Assembly (NCBI GenBank): GCA_045595285.1
Contig: JAZOAC010000071.1
Span: forward strand, 12,285 to 76,284
DNA from: Kiritimatiellia bacterium
GTDB lineage: Bacteria > Verrucomicrobiota > Kiritimatiellia > RFP12 > UBA1067
Length of the DNA stretch: 64,000 bases
Direction: 5' to 3'
The notes beneath the pieces were generated by a model that saw only the letters and a program-made list of their open reading frames with translations, was not told where the DNA came from and did not search any database. A program made the translations under genes and the position numbers. Shown piece after piece: positions 27,085 through 35,626 of this stretch. Each line of letters opens with the position of its first letter. Within the stretch, counting starts at the first letter, position 1.

Positions 27085-28152
27085 ATGAACAGGACAGTCT
27101 ATAGAGTCGTTGTGGGCGTGATGTCGGCGGCGACTGTGCTTCAGGTCTGTGCCGCGCCTCAGCGTGTTGCAGGTTCGGGCATGGGAGGCTATTCGCACTG
27201 GGCCACCGACCAGTATCCAGGTTTTGACGGGCTGGACAATCTTCCGGTTCCTGAAAAGAAGGATAAAGGGTGGTTGGCGGAATGGTTTGGCATAGGCGCA
27301 CCTGACGGCGCCACTTCCCTGGAGCAGTTCAGGATAGCGGAAGGCCTTGAGGCCGAAGGCGAATACAAAGATGCCGCAGAGGCCTACGATGCGCTTGTGC
27401 GTGAGTGGCCTGCTTCAGTCGAGGCCCCTGCGGCCCAGTTCCGCCTGGCCAGTCTGCTGGAGTCCCGTCTGGAGGAGTATGCCGATGCCTATGAGGAGTA
27501 TTCCTATCTTCTTGATTTCTATCCCAAGGACTGCCCTTACGCGAAAGTTGTCGAGGCTCAGTACAGGCTTGTAAATCTGCTTCACGACACGCGCCGCGTG
27601 TTTCTCGGAATGAGCTTCACCGGAAACCGGGAGCTTCGCCAGAACTATGAGCGCATTGTCCGCCGTGCACCCGGCGCCGCATATGTTCCGGATGCAATGC
27701 TCAAGATCGCAGGGTTGCGAGAGTTGGATACTGATCATGAGGAGGCGATCAAGGTGTATTCCACGCTTCGCAGCCGCTATCCCGGAACCGCTGCTGCGCG
27801 GACCGCGCTCTATTGCGAGGCAAAGGCCCGGATGTGGCTTGTCCGCCGTCTGGCGTACAATCTTCCTCGCTGCAAGGATACGGAAAGCTATCTCAAGCTT
27901 GCCATGCGCAACGACCCCAGCCATCCTAACGCCGAAGAGATGCGCTCTTGGCTTTCGGAATTGAGCGATTATCTTGCCGAAGATGCTTGGACGCGGGCGA
28001 AGTTCTATGATACCAGGCAGCGTACGCGCCATGCCGCCATCGCGTCATATGAGAAGTTCCTTGAGGAGTATCCCGATTCGTCTCATGCGGACGAGGCAAG
28101 TGCGCGGATTGGGCAGCTCAAGGATGAAAGAAACGAGGGAAACCAGAAATGA
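27085..28152 (+). CDS. TPR-repeat outer-membrane assembly factor-like protein (BamD/YfiO-like)
   Basis: Signal-like VVVGVMSAATVLQVCAAP. Repeated TPR-like helices are present, plus the terminal AKFYDTRQRTRHAAIASYEKFLEEYPDSSHADEA, which is typical of BamD-like proteins. Start set by the promoter position. Confidence 0.5.
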   Translation: MNRTVYRVVVGVMSAATVLQVCAAPQRVAGSGMGGYSHWATDQYPGFDGLDNLPVPEKKDKGWLAEWFGIGAPDGATSLEQFRIAEGLEAEGEYKDAAEAYDALVREWPASVEAPAAQFRLASLLESRLEEYADAYEEYSYLLDFYPKDCPYAKVVEAQYRLVNLLHDTRRVFLGMSFTGNRELRQNYERIVRRAPGAAYVPDAMLKIAGLRELDTDHEEAIKVYSTLRSRYPGTAAARTALYCEAKARMWLVRRLAYNLPRCKDTESYLKLAMRNDPSHPNAEEMRSWLSELSDYLAEDAWTRAKFYDTRQRTRHAAIASYEKFLEEYPDSSHADEASARIGQLKDERNEGNQK

Positions 28153-28700
28153 AGTCTCTGATGCTATCGGTGGCATCGATTGCCACAGTGCTGTTCTCGG
28201 GCTGTGCCGGATATCAGTGGGGCACGACAGTCCCAGAAGAATACCGCAAGGTCTCGGTGCCCGTGTTCGAGAATATGACAGCCGTTTCGGAGATAGGTCC
28301 GATCGTCACCCAGTATACGCTGCGTGAATTCCAGCGGGAGGGATCGTTCAGCATTGTGCGTCCGGAAGATGCGGCCATAGAGGTGCAGGGTGTTCTGCGC
28401 AGCATGTCACGCCAAGGTGTCGCCTATGATCGCGGGCAGGGAATGCGTGCATCGGAATACAGATATGTTGTTGTCGCCGACGTTTCGTTTGTCGACAAGA
28501 GGAACGGCAAGGTGCTTCTTGAGTGCAAGGAAATCAAGGGTGAGACCACCTACCTCACCCAAGACGATCTACTCACCGGCCAGAAAAACGCCGCGTTCAG
28601 GATTGCGGCGGACATAGCGCGTCAAATTGTGAATGAAGCGGTCGCGCTTCCGTTCAACGGGGGGACGCGCACCGGCGCCGTAGAGGGTGTGCAGAAGTAA
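28149..28700 (+). CDS. lipoprotein, LptE-like
   Basis: Lipobox VLFSGC. GYQWGTTVPEEYRKVSVPVFENMT fits the remembered LptE N-terminal pattern. The ATGA overlaps the upstream stop. Confidence 0.5.
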   Translation: MKSLMLSVASIATVLFSGCAGYQWGTTVPEEYRKVSVPVFENMTAVSEIGPIVTQYTLREFQREGSFSIVRPEDAAIEVQGVLRSMSRQGVAYDRGQGMRASEYRYVVVADVSFVDKRNGKVLLECKEIKGETTYLTQDDLLTGQKNAAFRIAADIARQIVNEAVALPFNGGTRTGAVEGVQK

Positions 28701-28701
28701 G

Positions 28702-29628
28702 ATGCTTGCTGCGCTACAGAGGGGAATACCGCTTGCCCGACGTCCGTTTGAGGAATTGTCGCGTGAGCTTGGATGCGGCGAGTCTGAACTAGTCGCCTTT
28801 GCCGCCAGAATGCTGAAAGACGGCACGGCTCGCAGATTCGGAGCGGTCTTTGATGCGCGCAGACTGGGCTACACATCGGCGCTGTGCTGTGCGACGGTTG
28901 CCGAACCTGATGCCGCGGCTTTGGCTATAGTTGGATGCAAGGAGGTTACACACTGCTATCTGCGTGAGGCGCCCGGATGCCCGAATCTCTGGTGGACGTG
29001 GAGCGCTCCATCCGGAAGTTTCGATGCTTCGCTTGCAAAAGTGGATATTCCGTTCCATGTGCTTCCTGCCGTAAGGCGCTACAAGGTCGATGTGATGTTT
29101 GGGGCGGCGACGCGTGCCACCGAAGAGTCTACGGTGGACAGTCTGCCGTTTCCGGATGAGACGGAGCGCAGGATTATCCGTGCGCTTCAGGGTGAGACGG
29201 AGTTGCGCTCCGACTACTTTTCAGCGATTGCGGAAAAGGTCTGCGTGAAGGAGTGGGATCTTCTTGCAATTCTTGAGATGTGGCGCCGTCAGGGGCGTCT
29301 CAAGCGCATTGGACTTCTTCTTAATCACAGGAAGGCGGGTTATTCCGCAAATGGCATGTGCTGCTTCCGCATTGGCGGAAATGTCGTGGAGGCCGGACGC
29401 GCGCTTGCGGAGCTGGATTCCGTCACGCACTGCTATGAGCGTCCGGCATGCAAGGCGTTCCCGTACAACCTGTATGCGATGATACATTGTGCGTCCATGG
29501 ACGAGGCGGAGGCGGGGTTTGAGACGTTGAAGTCGCGCCTGGCGGCGCTTGAGCGGCCGCCGTCGGATTCGGTGATGCTCATTTCCGCAAAGGAGTACAA
29601 GAAGACGTCCATGTCATTCTACGAGTGA
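28702..29628 (+). CDS. duplicated AsnC/Lrp-like siroheme decarboxylase-family protein (NirDL/AhbAB-like)
   Basis: Two tandem halves each carry an HTH-like N-terminus (LQRGIPLARRPFEELSRELG and IIRALQGETELRSDYFSAIAEKV). Each half also has a C-terminal VTHCYER / VTHCYLRE..NLWWT/NLYAMIH block. Confidence 0.6.
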   Translation: MLAALQRGIPLARRPFEELSRELGCGESELVAFAARMLKDGTARRFGAVFDARRLGYTSALCCATVAEPDAAALAIVGCKEVTHCYLREAPGCPNLWWTWSAPSGSFDASLAKVDIPFHVLPAVRRYKVDVMFGAATRATEESTVDSLPFPDETERRIIRALQGETELRSDYFSAIAEKVCVKEWDLLAILEMWRRQGRLKRIGLLLNHRKAGYSANGMCCFRIGGNVVEAGRALAELDSVTHCYERPACKAFPYNLYAMIHCASMDEAEAGFETLKSRLAALERPPSDSVMLISAKEYKKTSMSFYE

Positions 29629-29638
29629 GGGCAAAACC

Positions 29639-30253
29639 ATGGTTTCACATCAGACAATCCCCGTCGGCGCTTACGAGGCGAACTGCATCGTCCTCTGGGA
29701 CGGCGCCGAAGCGCTTGTCGTCGATCCCGGACAGGACGCCGACCTGATCCTGGCGTTCCTATCAGACCGCAATCTCGCCCTGCGCGCGGTTCTGCTTACG
29801 CACGGGCATTTCGACCACGTGAACGGAATCCCCGGCATCCTTGCGCGGTATCCTGGCGTTCCCGTGTATGCGCATCCTTCGGACTGGGTCATGTTCGGAC
29901 ATCCCATGAACCGCAACCCTCCGGGTTATCCGGGCGTTGGCAGACCCTCGGATCTCAGGGACATACGCGATGCGGCGAAGGATTTCCCGGCGTTTGGGTT
30001 TCAGGTGCTTGAGACTCCCGGACATACGCCAGGCAGCGTGTGCATAATGACCGGAGATCTTCTCCTTTCCGGCGATACGCTTTTCGCCGGTTCATGCGGA
30101 CGTACCGATTTTCCCGGCGGAAGCATGGCCGACATGCGCAGATCCCTGGCGGCGCTGGCGCAGCTGCCGCCAGAGACGCATGTCATTCCAGGACATGGCC
30201 CTTCGACGACGATAGCACGTGAGGTCGCATCCAATCCGTTCATGGAGCGGTGA
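29639..30253 (+). CDS. MBL-fold metallo-hydrolase (glyoxalase II-like)
   Basis: LLTHGHFDHVNG, ETPGHTPGS, GDTLFAGSCGRTDFPGG and PGHG are present. Confidence 0.85.
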   Translation: MVSHQTIPVGAYEANCIVLWDGAEALVVDPGQDADLILAFLSDRNLALRAVLLTHGHFDHVNGIPGILARYPGVPVYAHPSDWVMFGHPMNRNPPGYPGVGRPSDLRDIRDAAKDFPAFGFQVLETPGHTPGSVCIMTGDLLLSGDTLFAGSCGRTDFPGGSMADMRRSLAALAQLPPETHVIPGHGPSTTIAREVASNPFMER

Positions 30254-30272
30254 GAAAACCAGACGCGAAATA

Positions 30273-30281
30273 TGGTATCAT
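30273..30281 (+). promoter_or_regulatory. extended -10 promoter element TGGTATCAT
   Basis: The context reads aaTATGGTATCAT. The track ORF start 30272 lies inside this motif. AAAGGAGA follows at about 30297. Confidence 0.5.
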
Positions 30282-30310
30282 ATCCGCAGAAAGAACAAAG
30301 GAGAATGGAG

Positions 30311-31351
30311 ATGGCAGAGAAGAGGAAAAGCGGTTTTGTTCGCAGGCTTGTCAAGTTCATGGTGTATTCAGCCATCGGGCTGCTTGCGTTTGCGCTTCTG
30401 CTTGCGGCCACACTGCCGCTATGGATCAGTCCTGTGGCAACCGCTGTTGCCGGGCGCGTGGTGCCTGGCTATACCGGTACCGATTTCCGGATTGACGGCT
30501 TTTACGTCAATCCATATTCTGGCGCTGTCCGCATTAATGGCGTTAAACTGTCGAACCCGCAGGGATTTGGTGAGGCCGCGGCCTTTTCGCTGTCCAGTTT
30601 CAGTGTTGATCTTGCCGTCGGTTCACTTTTCTCCGATACGGTTCTTGTGAAGGAGATTGTCATAGAGGATCCTTTCGTAAGTTATTATTCCCATGACGGG
30701 AGTAACAACTTTGACGTTATCCTTGCCAACGTCGAGAATGCCAAGGGGGCAAAGGATGAAGATCGGACGCCTAGGACTGAAGAGCCGGAGTCAGACACTC
30801 CGGGGAAGAAGGTTGTCATAGAGCGTCTGCGGATTAACGGCACGAAGGTCAAGCTTATGAAGTCGAATCTGATGCCTCCGTTCATGGTGCCGCCATTGGA
30901 ATTGACTGATATCGGCAAGAAGTCCGGCGGGGCAACCCTTGAAGAGGCCTGGGCGCAGATTGCGAATGGCGTCATGAAATCCATGTCTGACGCAGGGGAC
31001 GGCTTTGGCGCTCTCGGCGGAATTCTCGGGAGCGGCGCGAAAGACGCTTCCGGTAAATTCAGTGCGGGCATGGAAGAGCTGACATTTATTGTCGGCGGTT
31101 TCGGTGATGCGATAAAGCCGGCAAAGTCGGACAGGAAGGTCTCCGAATCCGGAAAATCCGGCGGCAATGTGGTTTCTAGGACGTCGGATGCCGCAGTGAA
31201 AACTATAGGAGCCATTGGCGATACCGCCAAGAATGCCATCGACGTTGTTGGAGACACGACAAAAGGCACGGTAGATGCGGTCAATGATACGGCCAAGAAG
31301 GCGACAGAGGGTGTTAAGAAACTCTTCAAGGGGTTTGGGAAGCAACAGTGA
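30311..31351 (+). CDS. membrane-anchored AsmA/DUF748-like protein
   Basis: N-terminal TM FMVYSAIGLLAFALLLAATLPLW. Contains repeated FRIDGFYVNPYSG..VRINGVKLSNP / VVIERLRINGTKVKL beta-rich units. The C-terminus is Gly/Lys-rich. The start could be 30305 or 30311. Confidence 0.45.
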   Translation: MAEKRKSGFVRRLVKFMVYSAIGLLAFALLLAATLPLWISPVATAVAGRVVPGYTGTDFRIDGFYVNPYSGAVRINGVKLSNPQGFGEAAAFSLSSFSVDLAVGSLFSDTVLVKEIVIEDPFVSYYSHDGSNNFDVILANVENAKGAKDEDRTPRTEEPESDTPGKKVVIERLRINGTKVKLMKSNLMPPFMVPPLELTDIGKKSGGATLEEAWAQIANGVMKSMSDAGDGFGALGGILGSGAKDASGKFSAGMEELTFIVGGFGDAIKPAKSDRKVSESGKSGGNVVSRTSDAAVKTIGAIGDTAKNAIDVVGDTTKGTVDAVNDTAKKATEGVKKLFKGFGKQQ

Positions 31352-32565
31352 TGACGCATCTGATCGGCATAGGCGGAGTAGGGATGAGTGCGCTCGCAGA
31401 GGCGCTCATCGCGCTCGGACATGCCGTTTCCGGCGCGGACCGTTTTGTCGGAGCCGTTGACCGCAAAATGTTGCCTCCAAGCATTGCGAGACTGGAGGCA
31501 TTGGGCGTCAAGGTGTTCCCGGATGATGGAAGCGGCGTTGATGGATCTGTTGAACGCATTATCGTGTCGACAGCGATAGAGGACGACAATCCGGGACTTG
31601 TGAAGGCCCGGAAGCTGGGGATCCCCGTTGTTCACCGGGCGACAGCGCTTGCAGACGCGCTTTCGCGGTTCAGGCTTGTGGCGGTGGCCGGTACATGTGG
31701 AAAATCCACCGTGACTGCAATGCTCGCACATGTGCTCAAGTCCTGTGGGATGGAGCCGTTTGCGGTGAACGGGGCGGCTGTTGTCGGATGGAACGGTTCG
31801 GTCCTGTCTGGTGAAGGGCGATATGCCGTTGCGGAGGTGGACGAGTCTGACAAGTCTTTGACGGCGTTCCGTCCATACGCTGCGGTGATTACGAACTCCA
31901 GTTCCGACCACTATTCCAAGGAAGAGATGGATTGCGTCTTTGATGATTTCATCAAAGATGTGAAGGGACCGGTAATTGACGGCCGAACCGGCCGCCATGA
32001 TGCGGATTCGTCACTTCCAGGGGCTCATAACAGGCAGAATGCGGGACTGGCCCTGGCCATGGCAGTAGCTCTTGGCGCGGATGAGGCGAAGGCGCGTGCC
32101 GCATTGATGGATTTCCCCGGCGTTGAACGCCGGATGCAGCGGATAGGGAGCTGTTGCGGGGCTGAGGTGTACGATGACTATGCGCACAACCCCGAAAAAC
32201 TGCATGCCATGCTCACGACGTTGCAGGACCGCAGCATTAGAGGCGTCGCGGTGCTGTGGCGTCCGCATGGATACGGGCCTCTGCGCAAGATGATGGATTC
32301 CCTGGCGGATATGTTCAACGACACGCTGCGTCCGCAGGACAGGCTTTTGCTTTTGCCGGTGTATGATGCGGGCGGCACGGCGGATCGCAGCGTGAACTCG
32401 GATGCGCTTGCGGCGAGGATTGAGAATTCGGTTTGTGTTGAAACTCCAGATGAGGCAATTGTGCTTCTGAAGGCGCAAGCGCCGGCGTTCGGCGCAATTG
32501 TAACGGCAGGTGCGCGTGATCCCGTGTTGCCGGTGATGGCGCGGAACCTCGCAGGAAAGGAATGA
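31351..32565 (+). CDS. murC: Mur ligase family protein, MurC-like (short form, outside a dcw cluster)
   Basis: HLIGIGGVGMSALAEAL, VAVAGTCGKSTVTAML, AEVDESDKS, PGAHNRQNA, FPGVERRMQ and DDYAHNPEK are present. It is 405 aa, shorter than typical MurC. The start overlaps the upstream stop. Confidence 0.7.
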   Translation: MTHLIGIGGVGMSALAEALIALGHAVSGADRFVGAVDRKMLPPSIARLEALGVKVFPDDGSGVDGSVERIIVSTAIEDDNPGLVKARKLGIPVVHRATALADALSRFRLVAVAGTCGKSTVTAMLAHVLKSCGMEPFAVNGAAVVGWNGSVLSGEGRYAVAEVDESDKSLTAFRPYAAVITNSSSDHYSKEEMDCVFDDFIKDVKGPVIDGRTGRHDADSSLPGAHNRQNAGLALAMAVALGADEAKARAALMDFPGVERRMQRIGSCCGAEVYDDYAHNPEKLHAMLTTLQDRSIRGVAVLWRPHGYGPLRKMMDSLADMFNDTLRPQDRLLLLPVYDAGGTADRSVNSDALAARIENSVCVETPDEAIVLLKAQAPAFGAIVTAGARDPVLPVMARNLAGKE

Positions 32566-33179
32566 TGATGAGAAAGATATTGTTTGGCTTGATGGCGGCC
32601 GCCATGGTCGTTGCCCCTGCGTTTGCGCAGGATGCCGAGAGACCCAAGAAGAAGATGCCGTCTTCTCCCAGGTATTTCACATCCCTCAAGGCAGCCACGA
32701 AAGAAGCGCAGAAGTATGACGCACCGATCTTCGTTGCGGCGGTCGGAAAGGGATCTCCAGCCGAAGAAGTCGTCAAGGATCTCACCAGGCACAAATTCTT
32801 CAAGGAGCTTGCCGCAAAGGGCTTTTTCGTGTACACGATGCGTGTCGGCCTCAGCAAGAAGGAGAAGGATATCGACGGACGTTCTCCGAAACCGCTCTAT
32901 GACAGACTCACCGCCGACGAGCGGGCCCTTCTTGATGTGATTTGCCCACCGGACAAGGTTCGCAGGCTTCCCTTGTTCGGTATGGTGACGCCTGACGCCA
33001 AAGAACTCAAGATCAAGGTCGTGGACATGCCGCGTCCTCCGTCTCCAAATGCCGAGTATTATGGACAGTATCTGCAGAATCTCCAGTCCGCCGCGCAGGC
33101 GTACGGAATTGACATTGAGATGTCCAAGGCGATGGTCAAGTACATAGAGAATCCTCCGCCGGAGAAGAAGAAGAAATAA
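32562..33179 (+). CDS. hypothetical secreted protein (Lys/Pro-rich ends)
   Basis: ATGATGATG overlaps the MurC-like stop. Signal peptide LFGLMAAAMVVAPAFA. No family recognised. Confidence 0.5.
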   Translation: MMMRKILFGLMAAAMVVAPAFAQDAERPKKKMPSSPRYFTSLKAATKEAQKYDAPIFVAAVGKGSPAEEVVKDLTRHKFFKELAAKGFFVYTMRVGLSKKEKDIDGRSPKPLYDRLTADERALLDVICPPDKVRRLPLFGMVTPDAKELKIKVVDMPRPPSPNAEYYGQYLQNLQSAAQAYGIDIEMSKAMVKYIENPPPEKKKK

Positions 33180-33183
33180 GTCC

Positions 33184-34209
33184 ATGAAAAGCCTTTGCGA
33201 ATATCCAGACAGCCGTCTTGTGTCCGGTGACGCGGCAGCATTCGCCGCCGCTCGCCGCCGGTTTGACGCGCAACCGGTTGATGATCTGCGTCTGTCCGAT
33301 GTTTCCGGATGGACCGAAAGACGTACGACGCTGGCCGGCGAGGCAAGTGTCTCGGGCGTCGGCACGTTCCGCGGAAGCGAAAGGCGCACCATCACGTTCG
33401 CCCCGTCGGAGAGGCCTGGCTGGTGGATTCGTCGTACGGATATGCCGGAGCAGTTGGATACAGCCGTAGATATCGCAAATCTGTGGACGAGTGCGCGGAA
33501 TCTCGTGCTCCGCAGCGGTTCACCGCACAATTACCTACGCATGGTCGAGCACATAATTGCGCTCAAGGGTGGATTGGGTCTGGACAATGTCGTAATCAAG
33601 ACGAACTCCGGAGATCCGCCGCTTTTCGACGATTCTTCACTTCCGCTCGTAAAGGCGGTGGAAAATGCAGGAATCGTCGAGACCAGCCAGAGCGCGACGT
33701 ATGTGACCGTAAAGGAGCCTCTCGCCTTTTCCGGTACGCGTGGAGACTTCCTGATGTTCCTCCCCGATGACGGCTCTCGCAGGCTCCGACTTGACGTCGC
33801 CATCAATTGGCGCACGATCATAGGCGATCAGCGCATCGTGTTCGATGTTACGCCGGAGACGTTCCGCTATGGCGCGTATGCGCGCACGAATGCGACGCAT
33901 CGTCAGTATCAGCTCGCAAAGACGGTCGGTTGGCTGTTCGCCGACACCCGCAATCTCGGCTACGACAAGAACAACATTCTTATACATGGCCGCAAACGCT
34001 GGTATGGCGAGCCACGCTTCCCGTTGGAGGGGACCGATCGTTTCCTGGAGCCGGTATGGCATCGTGCGACGCTGGATCTGTTGGCGGCGCTTTCCCTCAC
34101 CGGGCCAGACCGCTTTGTCGGTACGGTCGTCTCCTATCGTGCGGGGCACACGCAGGACTGTGACGCCGTAAGATATCTCTACCGGCACGATCTTCTGAAG
34201 CGGGCGTAG
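33184..34209 (+). CDS. LpxC-fold (UDP-3-O-acyl-GlcNAc deacetylase-like) protein, divergent
   Basis: RRTTLAGEASVSGVGTFRGSERRTITFAPS..WWIRRTDM, LRMVEHIIALKGGLGLDNVVIKTNSGDPPLFDDSSLPLVKAVENAGIVE and SYRAGHTQ align with remembered E. coli LpxC blocks. However, the HKxxD zinc motif reads WHRATLD and the equivalent of D246 is Ala. Confidence 0.55.
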   Translation: MKSLCEYPDSRLVSGDAAAFAAARRRFDAQPVDDLRLSDVSGWTERRTTLAGEASVSGVGTFRGSERRTITFAPSERPGWWIRRTDMPEQLDTAVDIANLWTSARNLVLRSGSPHNYLRMVEHIIALKGGLGLDNVVIKTNSGDPPLFDDSSLPLVKAVENAGIVETSQSATYVTVKEPLAFSGTRGDFLMFLPDDGSRRLRLDVAINWRTIIGDQRIVFDVTPETFRYGAYARTNATHRQYQLAKTVGWLFADTRNLGYDKNNILIHGRKRWYGEPRFPLEGTDRFLEPVWHRATLDLLAALSLTGPDRFVGTVVSYRAGHTQDCDAVRYLYRHDLLKRA

Positions 34210-34296
34210 ACCGGCATCCGGACTGGAACGCCAACCGATGCATTTCGGAATTCCGTATACTGGTTGCGGAAATCACTTTGTTTTTCCTTGTGTACA

Positions 34297-34305
34297 TGAT
34301 ACAAT
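34297..34305 (+). promoter_or_regulatory. extended -10-like element TGATACAAT
   Basis: The context reads aCATGATACAAT. It lies 75 nt upstream of ATG 34381. Confidence 0.4.
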
Positions 34306-34380
34306 GCAGGCGTCGCGATGGTTGTTGTCTGCCGCACGGCGGAGCTGCCGCGACAATGCAGCGACCGAAAGGAGGATGTC

Positions 34381-35214
34381 ATGAAGAGAGTAACAACAAT
34401 ATCGTTCATTCTAGTGGCGGCAGCCGTCTCCGCAGGAGACATCAGTCTTCCGCAGCCAGTGACGCGTGGCGGCAAATCGCTTATGCAGGCGTTGTCTGAA
34501 CGCAAATCCACGCGAGATTTCGCTGCGCATGATGTCCCGCTCCAGACGCTTTCATCGCTGCTCTGGGCTGCGAACGGAATCAGCCGTCCGGATGGACGCC
34601 GCACTGCGCCCACCGGCTTGAACGTGCAGGATATCGATGTGTATGTGATGCTTCCGTCGGGGGTGTACCGGCATGATGCCAGATCGAATGTACTGACCCT
34701 GGTCAACCCTGGCGATCACAGAACTGCGGCGGGGAAACAGCCTTTCACGCATACTGCACCGGTCAATCTGTTCTACGTCCATGACCGTATGCGCGGCATG
34801 AAAGCGGATGAGGCGAACACCCAACGTTATGCCGGCATACATGCAGGTGCCGTCATGCAGAACGTATATCTGTTCTGCGCCAAAGAAGGGCTTGCAACGG
34901 TCGCACGGGCGAACATCGACTACGATGCCTGCGCAAAGGCCCTGAAACTCAATGCAAATCAGAGGGTTGTGCTGGGCCAGTCAGTCGGCTATCCGCCGAA
35001 TGACGGATACATCGGCAGACAGGCCGCGATCAGGACTGCGCTTGCGCACGCGAAGTTCAATGAAGCGGATGTGCGCTGGCTCAAGTGCGAACTCGACAGG
35101 GAGGATGGCGTAATGGTGTACGAGATCGAGTTCAAGAAGGACGGCTTCGAATACGATTACGACATTGATGCGAAATCCGGCACTGTGATCAAGGCAAAGA
35201 AAGAGCGTGACTGA
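34381..35214 (+). CDS. secreted nitroreductase-family protein fused to a C-terminal PepSY domain
   Basis: GGAGG lies upstream of ATG 34381. Signal-like ISFILVAAAVSAG. Nitroreductase blocks RKSTRDF, LSSLLWAANGISR and AGAVMQNVYLFCAKEGLATV are present. The C-terminal WLKCELDREDGVMVYEIEFKKDGFEYDYDIDAKSGTVIK is PepSY-like. Confidence 0.7.
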   Translation: MKRVTTISFILVAAAVSAGDISLPQPVTRGGKSLMQALSERKSTRDFAAHDVPLQTLSSLLWAANGISRPDGRRTAPTGLNVQDIDVYVMLPSGVYRHDARSNVLTLVNPGDHRTAAGKQPFTHTAPVNLFYVHDRMRGMKADEANTQRYAGIHAGAVMQNVYLFCAKEGLATVARANIDYDACAKALKLNANQRVVLGQSVGYPPNDGYIGRQAAIRTALAHAKFNEADVRWLKCELDREDGVMVYEIEFKKDGFEYDYDIDAKSGTVIKAKKERD

Positions 35215-35509
35215 CCGGTAGGCGCACTTCGTGCGGCAGGGAAGGTCCGCTCGCCAGTCGACTGGCTTGCAGGCGGACTTCTTCTCTGGATGCGCGTGCT
35301 TCTCCTCGGGCGTACGCTGTCTTTGCCAGAGAAGAGGACGCACTGCGTCTTTGAGATTTCGAGGGAGGTGGTAGGAATCCAGTCCAATTTCGCCGACGGA
35401 ACGTTGACAGGCGCACCGAACAAGTGCGCGCGTAGGGAGACCCCCGAAAACACCTTCCCGGTCGGAACAGAAAAAGTTCTGGGTGAATTGCGGAATGGAA
35501 TGGAATTTA

Positions 35510-35518
35510 TGGTATACT
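35510..35518 (+). promoter_or_regulatory. extended -10 promoter element TGGTATACT
   Basis: The context reads tTTATGGTATACT. It lies about 108 nt upstream of ATG 35627. An 8-codon ORF (ATG 35524 to TAG 35550) starts 5 nt downstream of it. Confidence 0.45.
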
Positions 35519-35626
35519 TCGCCATGAAGGTAAGGTTTGTGCGTCTGTAGCGGTTTCGCAGATTCGTGCTGGATATGCAAAACCGTACGCGACGTTCATT
35601 TGAGACATTACGATTGGAGGTCCCCG

